From assembly GCF_003057965.1 (NCBI RefSeq), contig NZ_CP020921.1, positions 1,228,916 to 1,292,915 of the forward strand: a DNA stretch of 64,000 nt, in the 5' to 3' direction. The stretch comes from Thermodesulfobium acidiphilum (GTDB taxonomy: Bacteria; Thermodesulfobiota; Thermodesulfobiia; Thermodesulfobiales; Thermodesulfobiaceae). Each line of letters begins with the position of its first letter. Within the stretch, counting starts at the first letter, position 1. Made by a program: the position numbers and the translations under genes. The notes beneath the pieces are model-generated. The model had not been told where the DNA came from. It saw only the letters and a list, made by a program, of their open reading frames with translations, and ran no database searches. This document shows positions 1 to 10,113 of this stretch, piece after piece.

Positions 1-2
1 GA

Positions 3-1265
3 GAAATATTAGATTCTAGAGGCAATCCCACTATAGAGGTAGATTGCTTATTAGAATGTGGAATAATAGCTCGTGCAGGAGTTCCATCAGGAGCTTCTAC
101 TGGCTCAAAAGAAGCAATCGAATTAAGGGATAACGATAAAAAAAGATTTTTTGGAAAGGGCGTTCTACAAGCTGTTAAAAACGTAAATGAAATTATTGCA
201 CCAAAATTAATAGGCTTAAATGCCACAAAGCAAAAACAAATAGATTCCATTATGATAGAACTTGATGGGACTCCAAATAAAGCCAAACTAGGCGCAAACG
301 CTATTCTTGGTGTATCTCTCGCAGTAGCAAGGGCAGCAAGTTATTTTTCTAATCTTCCGCTCTATCAATATTTGGGAGGACCAAATGCAAATCTATTACC
401 CGTACCGTGTATGAATATTATGAATGGCGGCATACATGCAAATTGGCAAGGTGCTGATTTTCAAGAATTTATGATTGCACCATACGGAGCCAATACCTTT
501 AAAGAAGCCTATGAGTGGTGTAGCGAAATTTACCAAGCCCTTAAAAGTCTTCTAAAAGAAAAAGGCTATAGTGTGGGAGTAGGAGACGAGGGAGGTTTCG
601 CCCCTTTGGTAAAATCAAACGAAGAACCTTTTGAATTGATGAGTAAAGCAATAGAAAATGCGGGATTAAAAGTCGGAGAACAAGTGGGTTTTGCATTAGA
701 TACCGCCGCAAGCGAACTTTATAAAGATGGTAAATACATTTTAAGGCGCGAGAAAAAAGAGTTAGAACCTACTAAAATGGTAAAATACTACGAAAAAATT
801 GTAAACAATTTCCCCCTTATATTGTTAGAGGATGGCCTTGCCGAATATGACTGGGATTCCTGGAAAATATTAAATAAAGTTTTAGGTGAGAAAATCGAAC
901 TTGTCGGAGATGATATATTCGTAACAAATCTAGAAATAGTAAAAAGAGGTATTTCTGAAAACATTGCAAATTCTGTTTTAATTAAATTAAATCAAATAGG
1001 AACTCTTTCAGAAACTCTTGATACAGTTAAATACGCCCAAAATTCAAAGTGGGGTACATTCGTGTCTCACAGGAGTGGTGAAACTACCGATAGCTTTATA
1101 TCTGACTTAACTGTAGCAATTGGTGCTGGACATTTAAAAACAGGTGCGCCTGCTAGAGGTGAAAGAGTTGAAAAATATAACCAATTATTAAGAATTGAAG
1201 AGGAACTGGGAAAATATGCAAAATATGCTGGTAAGAATGCTTTTATAAGACCAATAAGATCCTAA
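3..1265 (+). CDS. eno: Enolase (5' end lies before the window)
   Basis: Frame open from base 3 ([13 protein letters not shown]...VPSGASTG); [20 protein letters not shown] and [10 protein letters not shown] motifs. Confidence 0.97.
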   Translation, partial: EILDSRGNPTIEVDCLLECGIIARAGVPSGASTGSKEAIELRDNDKKRFFGKGVLQAVKNVNEIIAPKLIGLNATKQKQIDSIMIELDGTPNKAKLGANAILGVSLAVARAASYFSNLPLYQYLGGPNANLLPVPCMNIMNGGIHANWQGADFQEFMIAPYGANTFKEAYEWCSEIYQALKSLLKEKGYSVGVGDEGGFAPLVKSNEEPFELMSKAIENAGLKVGEQVGFALDTAASELYKDGKYILRREKKELEPTKMVKYYEKIVNNFPLILLEDGLAEYDWDSWKILNKVLGEKIELVGDDIFVTNLEIVKRGISENIANSVLIKLNQIGTLSETLDTVKYAQNSKWGTFVSHRSGETTDSFISDLTVAIGAGHLKTGAPARGERVEKYNQLLRIEEELGKYAKYAGKNAFIRPIRS

Positions 1266-1290
1266 AGTTATCTATAAAGTTATCTATAAA
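1263..1290. repeat. 12-bp tandem repeat TAAAGTTATCTA x2.3
   Basis: Read directly, overlaps the eno stop codon. Confidence 0.8.
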
Positions 1291-1293
1291 CTT

Positions 1294-1332
1294 GAAACCC
1301 TACTCAAATTTTGTGGTAGGGTTTCTTTTTTT
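1294..1332 (+). terminator. Rho-independent terminator of eno
   Basis: GAAACCCTAC...GTAGGGTTTC stem followed by a T-run. Confidence 0.85.
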
Positions 1333-1411
1333 AACAAACAAAAACAAATATATTTAATCAAATATAGAGAAAATTTAAAAATAATATTTAATTTGTTATA
1401 TAATAATAATA

Positions 1412-1512
1412 ATACTCCGAGTTCTTTTGACCTAAAGCTCTAAAGCTATGGCAAAGAACCACTAACGGTTGTTTGGGAAACCGAGCAGCCCCCCAATTAG
1501 GAAAGGAGGGTG
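1412..1512 (+). promoter_or_regulatory. Moco RNA motif riboswitch, variant lacking P3 (Tuco-like)
   Basis: P1 CTCC/GGAG; P2 GTTCTTT...AAAGAAC containing a CCTAAA/TATGG tetraloop-receptor; P4 GGTTGTTTGG-GAAA-CCGAGCAGCC; ends GGAAAGGAG; lies upstream of a W/Mo ABC transporter. Confidence 0.88.
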
Positions 1513-1713
1513 TGGATATGTTTAATTTTTTATTTTTTACACTCTTATTTCTAGTTTTTTTGCCTTCCTTTTTCTTCTGAACAATCTAGAATATCTAACT
1601 CAACTTAATAAATTCTGGAAGATTTAAAATCTATTTGTGTTAAATATAAATAATTAAGAATTTGTTAATTTTTTAACTTAAATAAAACTTAAATAAAGAA
1701 GGGAAGATAATAT

Positions 1714-2697
1714 TTGAAAAGGGGAATAATTGGTGTTGTAATATTAATTACAGCTTTAATTTTTATTGCAGGGTGCGGAACTTATAATAAAGGGGTAAAT
1801 CAACAAACAGAAAAAGTGAAATTATATCTTTATGGGGCTGGAACTTTAGCCAAACCCTTTAAAGAAGTAATTGAAGAGTTTGAAAAAAAATATCCCAACG
1901 TTACAATAGAATCTCAATTTGGTGGAAGCGTAAAAATGGTAAAGCAAGTAACCGAGTTACATCAGCCTGGTGATATAATCGCAGTTGCTGACTATAACGT
2001 AATCCCAAAATATATGTTTGGAGAAAACGGACAGACAAAATATACTGATTGGTATATAGGTTTCGTAAATAATTCTATCACTTTTGTATATACTGACAAA
2101 AGTAAATATGCAAACGAAATTAACTCAAATAATTGGTACAAGATCTTATCAGAAAAGGGAGTTCAAATCGGAAGATCTAATCCCAATACCGATCCTTCAG
2201 GTTATCAAACGCTTCAAATGTTAAAACTAGCTGAAAAGTATTATAAAGATCCAACAATTTATGAAAAAGTCCTTGCAAATGCTCCAGAAAGAAATATTAG
2301 GGATACAGAAACAGAACTATTGAGTTCTCTTGAGGCTGGTCAGATTGACTACCTTGCTATATATAAATCCGATGCTCTACAACATCACTTAAAATATTTA
2401 GACCTACCGCCTCAAATAAATCTAAGCGATCCTAAATATGCCAATTTTTATAAAGAAGCAGTAGTAGATACAAAGAATGGTGAACTATCCGGGAAACCGA
2501 TTATCTATGCGATAACAATTCCAAACAACTCTAAAAATACCGAATGGGCTATAAAATTCGTGGAATTCTTGCTTAGTCCGGAAGGTCAATCAATAATGAA
2601 GAAAAACGGTTTCGGTGTCTTAGAAAAGCCATATGCTAATAATATTGATAAAGTTCCACCTGAACTTAAAAACTTTGTAAGCGAATGGCCTAAATAA
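1714..2697 (+). CDS. wtpA: Tungstate/molybdate ABC transporter substrate-binding lipoprotein, WtpA type
   Basis: Lipobox IAGC; AGTL, GGSV, GRSNPNTDPSGY and GKPIIYAITI motifs of the WtpA family. Confidence 0.85.
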   Translation: MKRGIIGVVILITALIFIAGCGTYNKGVNQQTEKVKLYLYGAGTLAKPFKEVIEEFEKKYPNVTIESQFGGSVKMVKQVTELHQPGDIIAVADYNVIPKYMFGENGQTKYTDWYIGFVNNSITFVYTDKSKYANEINSNNWYKILSEKGVQIGRSNPNTDPSGYQTLQMLKLAEKYYKDPTIYEKVLANAPERNIRDTETELLSSLEAGQIDYLAIYKSDALQHHLKYLDLPPQINLSDPKYANFYKEAVVDTKNGELSGKPIIYAITIPNNSKNTEWAIKFVEFLLSPEGQSIMKKNGFGVLEKPYANNIDKVPPELKNFVSEWPK

Positions 2698-2701
2698 CAA
2701 A

Positions 2702-3508
2702 ATGAATAGTTTGTTGGACAGCAAGAGATTTCATTTTAATTGGTTAGTTTTATCTTTTTGGTTATTTTCAATGGTAATTTTAGGCTTCATAATACTACCA
2801 CTCATTGAAATGTTATTTGAACAACCACTTGATATGATCGTGAAAGCAGCTCAAATGCCAGATGTAACCAATTCAATCCTTTTGAGTCTGGAGGCCTCAT
2901 TTATCACTGCAATTATAGCAGTTATATTCGGAACTCCTTTATCGTATATTCTCGCCAGAACTCAATTTCCATACAAGTCAATTGTTGAGGCTATTGTAAA
3001 CCTTCCTCTTGCTGTCCCACATACAGTTGCGGGCATTGCCCTTTTATTTGTTTTTGGCAAAACTGGTCCAATTGGTCACATTACCGAACGTTTTGGAATT
3101 AGTTTTTGGGGAACTATATTTGGTATAATAGTAGGCATGCTTTTTGTAAGTTCACCATATATGATAAATTCTGCAAGGCTAGGCTTTGAAAACATTGATA
3201 TTAGAATTGAAAAAGCTGCAAGAACATTAGGCGCTACAAATAGTCAGGTTTTCTTTCATATATCCCTACCTCTTGCCTTTAGATCTATCTTAAGCGGAAT
3301 GGTTCTCACTTACGCAAGATCAATTGCTGAATTTGGAGCAGTTATAATTTTAGCATATCATCCAGAAACCGCACCAGTAAAAATATATGAGCTATTTCTT
3401 ACTGGAGGGTTGAAACAATCTTCTGCTGCAGCAGTATTGTTATTAATCATAACAATTTCAACCTTTATTTTATTTAGATATCTAACTAATTTAAACAAAA
3501 AGGCATAA
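2702..3508 (+). CDS. wtpB: Tungstate/molybdate ABC permease (WtpB/ModB)
   Basis: Multi-TM; LPLAVPHTVAG; EKAARTLGA EAA loop; ARSIAEFGA. Confidence 0.85.
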   Translation: MNSLLDSKRFHFNWLVLSFWLFSMVILGFIILPLIEMLFEQPLDMIVKAAQMPDVTNSILLSLEASFITAIIAVIFGTPLSYILARTQFPYKSIVEAIVNLPLAVPHTVAGIALLFVFGKTGPIGHITERFGISFWGTIFGIIVGMLFVSSPYMINSARLGFENIDIRIEKAARTLGATNSQVFFHISLPLAFRSILSGMVLTYARSIAEFGAVIILAYHPETAPVKIYELFLTGGLKQSSAAAVLLLIITISTFILFRYLTNLNKKA

Positions 3509-3514
3509 ACTAAG

Positions 3515-4603
3515 ATGAGTTTTCTTAAGGTTAATGGCCTCCAAGTAAAAATAGGAAATTTTATTTTAGACAATATTTCCTTTGAACTAAATGAGGGTCA
3601 AATTATTACAATTTTAGGACCAAGCGGTTCAGGTAAAACTATTTTATTAGAATCCATTGCAGGTTTTCACACTCTTAACAAGGGAAAAATTTATCTTGAA
3701 AATAAAGATATAAGTATTTTACCTGTAGAAAAAAGGGAGATAGGTTTTATGTTTCAAGATTATGCGCTTTTCCCTCATTGGACTGTTAGAGAAAATATCT
3801 TATCTTCATTTAAATTTAACAAAGGATATAAAAAAATTAACATCAACCCAGAAAAAATAATAAAAATGCTTCATATTGAAGATCTCCTAGATAGATATCC
3901 GATCAACTTAAGTGGCGGAGAAAGACAAAGGGTGGCTCTAGCAAGGTCTTTAGTTGCAAATCCAAAAATGTTCTTGTTCGATGAACCCATGTCAGCACTT
4001 GATGCAAGAACCAGAGAAAATTTAAGAGATGAACTCTTGAGTATCTTAAAAAATCTCTCTTTAAGCGCAATCTATGTAACCCATGACCATATCGAAGCTT
4101 TTACCTTAGGGGATTTAGTGGGAATAATTAATAAAGGAAAATTGGTTCAAATTGGAGAAAGAAATAAAATATTTAGAAACCCAAACTCTATCTTTGTAGC
4201 AGATTTTATAGGTATAGAAAATCTTTTTTCTGCAAAAATTCAATTAGTAAAAAAAGTATCTCCAGAATTGTATTTTATTATTGCAAAACATAAACAAATT
4301 GAATTTAAAATATTTTCAAAGGAACAGTTTTCTACCAATGATGAAGTTTTTCTTTCAATAAGATCTGAAGATATTAGCTTCTTAGATGAATCAGAAGAAA
4401 AAAATGATAATTTTAAAAACATAATAATATTAGAAGTTATTGACATAGTTCAAATTGATTTCTTTTACAAAATTTTTCTAGGTGGTGATGTTCTTCTCAA
4501 AGTAATAACTTTAAAAGATTCTATTAAAAAGCATAAAATAAACACAGGCAAAAAAATTAAAGTACATATAGATCCGGAATACATTCATATTATAAAAGCA
4601 TAA
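3515..4603 (+). CDS. wtpC: Tungstate/molybdate ABC ATPase (WtpC/ModC) with C-terminal TOBE-like region
   Basis: Walker A GPSGSGKT, LSGGERQR signature, DEP Walker B. Confidence 0.85.
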   Translation: MSFLKVNGLQVKIGNFILDNISFELNEGQIITILGPSGSGKTILLESIAGFHTLNKGKIYLENKDISILPVEKREIGFMFQDYALFPHWTVRENILSSFKFNKGYKKININPEKIIKMLHIEDLLDRYPINLSGGERQRVALARSLVANPKMFLFDEPMSALDARTRENLRDELLSILKNLSLSAIYVTHDHIEAFTLGDLVGIINKGKLVQIGERNKIFRNPNSIFVADFIGIENLFSAKIQLVKKVSPELYFIIAKHKQIEFKIFSKEQFSTNDEVFLSIRSEDISFLDESEEKNDNFKNIIILEVIDIVQIDFFYKIFLGGDVLLKVITLKDSIKKHKINTGKKIKVHIDPEYIHIIKA

Positions 4604-4608
4604 AAATT

Positions 4609-5310
4609 TCAATGATCCTTAGCCCCCTGACTCCAATTTACATATTTGACATAATTGATATGTTTTAGCCTTTCTAGAAGGTCTTTTAAATCTTCTTCAT
4701 TTATATCTCCTGATAAAATATTAAATATTATTTTACTTTCACCTTCTTTTACTGACTCTATCCTCATATTCCTCACAGGATATCCCAATTGTTTCAGAAG
4801 TTTTCTTATAACGTTAAATACTCTATCCTCTTTTTCCTCTTCTACTCCAACACAAACTGAGATAATAAAATCGTTTGCCGTTACCATAGGCAAATTATTA
4901 ATTGTATTTACAATAGTCCTTAAGAGAGTATTGGTAACCAAAACAAAAATAGTAGCCATAGCAGCTGGCATCCATTGCTGAGCCCCAGAACAGGCGCCAA
5001 CTGCAGCAGAACACCAAAGTGTAGCAGCAGTATTTATACCTCTTATATTTATACCCTCTTTCATAATTGCTCCCGCACCCAGAAACCCAACCCCTGAAAC
5101 TACATAAGCAACTACCCTTATATCATTTATAGTTCCTCCCATGCGAAGTCCAAGGTCAACAAATATAGCAGCCCCAAGTGCAACAAGAGTATTAGTTCTT
5201 AGACCAGCCGGGTGCTGCCGCCACTGACGCTCAATTCCTATAAGTGTACCAAGTACAAATGCAAGAAACAAACCAAAAAAGGTTTGGCCTAAGCCCATTG
5301 TTTGATCCAT
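4609..5310 (-). CDS. mgtC: MgtC/SapB family membrane protein
   Basis: GIERQ...[28 protein letters not shown] 5310 preceded by GAGG. Confidence 0.9.
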   Translation of the reverse strand: MDQTMGLGQTFFGLFLAFVLGTLIGIERQWRQHPAGLRTNTLVALGAAIFVDLGLRMGGTINDIRVVAYVVSGVGFLGAGAIMKEGINIRGINTAATLWCSAAVGACSGAQQWMPAAMATIFVLVTNTLLRTIVNTINNLPMVTANDFIISVCVGVEEEKEDRVFNVIRKLLKQLGYPVRNMRIESVKEGESKIIFNILSGDINEEDLKDLLERLKHINYVKYVNWSQGAKDH

Positions 5311-5551
5311 ATTTAACCTCAATTCTGATTTACTTTTTCAAGATTTTAAACACTTTTGTTTAGAATCCTCTTAAAATAAATTATAAGAAATTTTAACATT
5401 TTTAAAATTGTTATTTAAGAAATATCTTATATTATTAGATCAGAATTCTTAAATAAAAAAATTTAATTATTAAACTAATTACAATAACCTATTAAAATGC
5501 TATAATATTAAAAACAATTACAAAAATTATTAATATTAAGGAGGATTTAAA

Positions 5552-5674
5552 ATGGCAGTTTTCAAATGTAAAAAATGTGGTTATATTAAAGAAGGACGGT
5601 GTAAACCAAAAAAGTGTCCAGAATGTAACGAACAGAATTCTTTTGAAAGAGTTGACTCAGAAAAGAAAGGGTAG
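5552..5674 (+). CDS. Small rubredoxin-like zinc/iron ribbon protein (40 aa), not in ORF track
   Basis: Strong RBS AAGGAGG; MAVFKCKKCGYIKEGRCKPKKCPECNEQNSFERVDSEKKG with two CxxC motifs and RCKP. Confidence 0.85.
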   Translation: MAVFKCKKCGYIKEGRCKPKKCPECNEQNSFERVDSEKKG

Positions 5675-5732
5675 TTTTAAATTTATGTTACAATATTTTC
5701 TGTTAAAATTTAATTAATAAGGGTGAATTAAA

Positions 5733-6113
5733 ATGAGAATGACACCTCAAAGAAAGTTGATAATAGACATATTAAAAAGTACAAAATCACATCCTGATGC
5801 ACTTTGGATTTATCAGAACGCCATAAAGAAGATGCCAAGGATGGGACTAGGCACTGTTTACAGGACTTTGGAGCAACTTGAAAGAGAGGGCGAAATAAAA
5901 AGAATCGATTTTAAAGGGATAGCCCATTACGACGCAAATGTAAACGTTCATCCACATCTTTTATGTTCAAAATGTGGAAAGATAGTTGATATTAGTGATA
6001 GCTATGATTTTGACTTAAGAAATTTCGATTTAAAAGGTTTCAAAATTGAATCTATAAATCTTGATATTATAGGCATTTGTCCTGAATGCCAATCAAAAAA
6101 GGGTGAAAATTAG
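5733..6113 (+). CDS. Fur family regulator (PerR-like)
   Basis: RMTPQR, HPDA, TVYRTL, HPHLLCSKCG and terminal CPEC. Confidence 0.92.
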   Translation: MRMTPQRKLIIDILKSTKSHPDALWIYQNAIKKMPRMGLGTVYRTLEQLEREGEIKRIDFKGIAHYDANVNVHPHLLCSKCGKIVDISDSYDFDLRNFDLKGFKIESINLDIIGICPECQSKKGEN

Positions 6114-6114
6114 A

Positions 6115-6300
6115 ATGCCAATCATTACAATAGAACTATTGGAAGGCAGATCAGAGGTCCAAAAGAAGCAAATTGCTAAGGAAATAACTGAAACCTTAGT
6201 AAAAAACGCAAATGTAAAACCTGAAGCTGTTACAATTTTGTTTCACGACTTGAAACCTGAAAATATTGCAAAGGGTGGCAAGTTTTTATCTGAAAAATAA
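6115..6300 (+). CDS. 4-oxalocrotonate tautomerase family protein
   Basis: Start at ATG 6115 gives catalytic Pro1: MPIITIELLEGRSEVQKK...GG. Confidence 0.9.
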   Translation: MPIITIELLEGRSEVQKKQIAKEITETLVKNANVKPEAVTILFHDLKPENIAKGGKFLSEK

Positions 6301-7112
6301 TGGAAAAAAAACTTTTTGCACCTGATATAGTTAAATTAAAGGGCGTTAGAAAATTTTCAATGGTCACAACTTATGATTATACTAGCGCTCTTTTAGTATC
6401 AATGACTGATATAGATATAATACTTGTGGGAGATTCTCTAGCCATGGTAATGCTAGGTCACGAAAATACCCTTAGCATAACGATTGACGAAATGCTAATT
6501 TTTCTTAAAGCTGTAAAAAAAGGTGCCCCAAATAAGATGATCGTAGCTGATATGCCATTTCTTTCATATCAAATCGATATAAAGGATGCCATAGAAAATG
6601 CCGGAAAACTTATCAAAGCTGGTGCAGATGCAGTAAAAATAGAAGGATTCGAATTTCCGATACCTGAGATTACCAGAAGATTAAGCAGCATTGGAATACC
6701 GGTGATGAGTCATCTAGGCCTAACTCCACAGCATGTTTTAAAGTTTGGAGGGTTTAAAGTTCAGGGCAACACAAAAGAAGATGCCGATAAAATTATTAGT
6801 GCCAGCAAGGAGCTTGAAGAACAAGGAGCATTTTGTGTTCTTTTGGAAGCTGTTCCTGAAGAAATCTCAGAAATAGTTACTAAAGAACTAAAGATTCCAA
6901 CTATTGGCATAGGTGCAGGAAGATTTGTAGATGGCCAAGTATTAGTTTGGCAAGATCTTTTAGGCATAAATCCAAACAAAGTTCCTAAATTCGTTAGAAA
7001 GTATGCAAACATAAAGGATACTATAATTGATTCTTTAAATAGATATCATCTTGATATATTGAATTCAACTTTCCCTTCCTATGAAGAAGCTCATCACTTA
7101 AAGAGAGTTTAA
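6300..7112 (+). CDS. panB: 3-methyl-2-oxobutanoate hydroxymethyltransferase
   Basis: ILVGDSL, ADMPF, AVKIEG, HLGLTPQ, IGIGAG. Confidence 0.96.
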   Translation: MEKKLFAPDIVKLKGVRKFSMVTTYDYTSALLVSMTDIDIILVGDSLAMVMLGHENTLSITIDEMLIFLKAVKKGAPNKMIVADMPFLSYQIDIKDAIENAGKLIKAGADAVKIEGFEFPIPEITRRLSSIGIPVMSHLGLTPQHVLKFGGFKVQGNTKEDADKIISASKELEEQGAFCVLLEAVPEEISEIVTKELKIPTIGIGAGRFVDGQVLVWQDLLGINPNKVPKFVRKYANIKDTIIDSLNRYHLDILNSTFPSYEEAHHLKRV

Positions 7113-7691
7113 AAGATCTAAAACTCTTTTTTTTACATCCTCCAAATCTTGACTACCATCAATATAATAAATAGGGACTTTACATTTATCTATTGGTTTA
7201 GAAGGAGGCCATTGCATACTCATTCTAATTTTTGCTTCTTCCTCGCTATATCCCCTGCTTTTAATCAATCTATTTAATCTAACATCAAAAGGAGCATCTA
7301 CTATCCATATAATATCAAAATCATCTTCCATATTAGCCTCAAAAAGTAATGGAATTTCAACAAATATAGTTTTGTCCTTTTTTAACATATCTTTAAAATA
7401 GTTCTTTATTTTTGGCCACATAAATTCTTCAAGTTTCTTTTTCATTAATTTATCCTTAGAAATAATCAGAGCAATTTTTCTTCGGAGTTTTTGAATATCA
7501 CCTTTTTGTTCTTCATTAAAATAGTCTTTAAATATATTACAGATATCCTGAAAATTTTCATTGAAAACCTTCTTTGATATTTCATCAGCACTATATACTT
7601 CGAACCCAAATTGACTCAAAAATTTTAAGATCTCACTTTTCCCCGATCCTTGAGGACCCGTAATAGCAATCAATAATCTTTCTCTATTCAT
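7098..7691 (-). CDS. coaE: Dephospho-CoA kinase
   Basis: ITGPQGSGKS, SADEI, EIPLLFE, RMSMQ. Confidence 0.92.
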   Translation of the reverse strand: MNRERLLIAITGPQGSGKSEILKFLSQFGFEVYSADEISKKVFNENFQDICNIFKDYFNEEQKGDIQKLRRKIALIISKDKLMKKKLEEFMWPKIKNYFKDMLKKDKTIFVEIPLLFEANMEDDFDIIWIVDAPFDVRLNRLIKSRGYSEEEAKIRMSMQWPPSKPIDKCKVPIYYIDGSQDLEDVKKRVLDLLNSL

Positions 7692-7708
7692 TATCTTTGT
7701 AATAATCC

Positions 7709-9580
7709 TTAAAAGGACATGATACTTAGTGTCGCCCCAAATGACCAGCTTCTACCATTTCCGCTATCACTTTTTTGATTTACTGCATAAAATTCTATTG
7801 GAGTAGAGGCCAGACCTACAGTAAACCTAAAGCCCTGATTCATTCTTATCCACGGATACGGTATTGGAATAGTTTTAGTAAAACCAATATAATATTTTGT
7901 ATTGAAAGGAGCTCCCGATTCACTTTTCGAAAATTCAACTTCAGAAAATATAAAATCTAATCCAAATCTATTCAGTATATCCTTTTTATTCAAAATGTCC
8001 GCATATTTCATAAGATATAAGCTTCTTCTTTCCCAAAAAGCATTAACTGCCCGCCCACCTGTTCTTAAATTATCGTCAAGCCCTCTAAAACGAATTATCC
8101 AATTACTTCCTAAATAATAATCAAGATCAAGTCTCAAATTAATCCAGGAGTTCTTACCCACGGTATAATAGGAAGAGTACACATAGCCTCCAAATCTATT
8201 TGAATCTATTCCAACTATAACAGGCCTACCGATGATAGTTTCATACTCTAGATTTGTGTTCAGGTGTCTATCTGCTCTCATATAAAAATCATCGTTAGGA
8301 TCAAGATGGATACTTCCTATTCGTAAATATGTGTTTTTAATGAAATTATCCCATTCTACCATCGCGCCAAATTTCTCAAATCCACCAGTAAATGAACCGG
8401 TATTTGAAGAAAAACTACTTACACTTCCTCTTTGGGAAGTAAAGTCAAAGTTGTCTAACCTCCCATAAAGACCAAGATATTCAGGATTATATTCGTCTTT
8501 TGACTTATAAAGATCCCATCGCCATGCAAAATGAGGCTTTGTGAACATTATACTATCAAAATATCCCCATTCATAATGAGCATTTTTAGTATCCCAATCA
8601 AAATTAGCTCCGATTAGAGTCCTTCTTTCTCTCGCCTTACTATAATCCAATCTTATATCAGATGAAACATTAGTAATTACGTTATTCCCAATCTTTGATA
8701 AATCACCCTTATAAGACTCAATTGGCACATGCTGTTCAATATATCCTACTGTAGGATCAGCTTTACCGAGAACATATTGATCGCTTATATGTGTATTGTT
8801 GAAGTTAGCCCAAAAAGAATAATCTTGTTTATGGAGCCTATTTGTGGTGTCATATATTGACCCGCCAACCTGACCAGAATAATTATAATTAATTACTAAA
8901 CCTTTATCCGCAGTATCAGACCATGTAATGTTTAGTCTTTTGGTTATAATAGGAACAACCCCCAAGACCAATCTACCAGGAGGATTACCAATTTGACCTG
9001 CATCTGCAATAGGTATATACATATTGCTTGGGAAAAGTATATCTCTTTGACGTGGGATACTGATATATTCAATCTTACCATCGGCCATCAAAACCGGCAC
9101 TCTTACACCTTCTGCAAGGGCTTTATCAGTTACACCAACAGGTACCATAAAACTATTTCCTGGTTTTTGCATATCTTTGTAAGTAATATCAAATGTTTCC
9201 TTTCCGAATTTTACAGTTTTAGTAACATTTGAGCTGGCATTTTTATCCTGATAGGTAAAAATTTTTCCATCTATCAAAAGAATTTGCCCACTTTTAGCAC
9301 TATTTGTATCCATAACTATACTTTCATTGGCATAGGAAAAATTATTAGAGAAAAAAGCAAAAAAAGTTACAAAAAAAAGGATGCTAGTAAAAACAGCTTT
9401 TTTAAAACGTAATTTTCTTAATCTTAGTGAGGCAAATGAAGTGGTGAAAATATTGTTTTTTGCGGAAAAAGATAGACGAAGTTGATGAAGTCTTTCCTTT
9501 AATACGACAAAATCAAAAAGAGCATCCTCAATACTATAATCACTATATATTTTTTTATAAGAATTAATGTTTATTTTCAC
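7709..9580 (-). CDS. Hypothetical exported protein, putative outer-membrane beta-barrel with N-terminal periplasmic domain
   Basis: Hydrophobic signal/TM ending NFSYA; aromatic-rich alternating strands; C-terminus WSFGATLSIMSF ends in Phe; GTG overlaps upstream TGA; true start uncertain. Confidence 0.6.
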   Translation of the reverse strand: MKININSYKKIYSDYSIEDALFDFVVLKERLHQLRLSFSAKNNIFTTSFASLRLRKLRFKKAVFTSILFFVTFFAFFSNNFSYANESIVMDTNSAKSGQILLIDGKIFTYQDKNASSNVTKTVKFGKETFDITYKDMQKPGNSFMVPVGVTDKALAEGVRVPVLMADGKIEYISIPRQRDILFPSNMYIPIADAGQIGNPPGRLVLGVVPIITKRLNITWSDTADKGLVINYNYSGQVGGSIYDTTNRLHKQDYSFWANFNNTHISDQYVLGKADPTVGYIEQHVPIESYKGDLSKIGNNVITNVSSDIRLDYSKARERRTLIGANFDWDTKNAHYEWGYFDSIMFTKPHFAWRWDLYKSKDEYNPEYLGLYGRLDNFDFTSQRGSVSSFSSNTGSFTGGFEKFGAMVEWDNFIKNTYLRIGSIHLDPNDDFYMRADRHLNTNLEYETIIGRPVIVGIDSNRFGGYVYSSYYTVGKNSWINLRLDLDYYLGSNWIIRFRGLDDNLRTGGRAVNAFWERRSLYLMKYADILNKKDILNRFGLDFIFSEVEFSKSESGAPFNTKYYIGFTKTIPIPYPWIRMNQGFRFTVGLASTPIEFYAVNQKSDSGNGRSWSFGATLSIMSF

Positions 9581-10113
9581 GGTTCTTGATATATAAACCC
9601 TTCATAAAAAATGTAAATATTGTCATTAGAAGACGTTCCCTGTAAAAAAACTGCCTTCTTTTTTACTGGAATCTGTTCTAAGTTATTTAGAATTTCAAAA
9701 CCCATTTTTTCTAAGAGTGTTTTAGCATCATTAATAGAAAGTCCTTCAATATCAGGTATCAAACCCATTACTTCTGCTTCTCTAAGTTTAAGATCTAGCC
9801 CCCACTTCCCAAACTTATAGGACATATACAGATTATATCTTTCTACTTTAAGAGTTGGATAATTTTTTTTAATCCAGTCATACACATTATCGATCTTTTT
9901 CTCATTTTTTTTATAAGAATCTTCTAAAGAATATAACTCATTAGCAGTACCGAAAACTACTACTATTCCATTTTGAATTCTAAAAATAACGTTATCCTCA
10001 GGATCTGCAAATACTAAACTTTGGGAAATCAAAATAGAACAAAAAAAGAACAAAATCAAAAACAAAATAAAGAAAATAATCCTTAAATTTCTAAAATTCA
10101 TACACCTTCTCAT
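9577..10113 (-). CDS. Hypothetical exported protein with PASTA-like segment
   Basis: Signal peptide ending VFA; IPDIEGLSINDAKTLLEKMGF resembles the PASTA consensus. Confidence 0.6.
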   Translation of the reverse strand: MRRCMNFRNLRIIFFILFLILFFFCSILISQSLVFADPEDNVIFRIQNGIVVVFGTANELYSLEDSYKKNEKKIDNVYDWIKKNYPTLKVERYNLYMSYKFGKWGLDLKLREAEVMGLIPDIEGLSINDAKTLLEKMGFEILNNLEQIPVKKKAVFLQGTSSNDNIYIFYEGFIYQEP

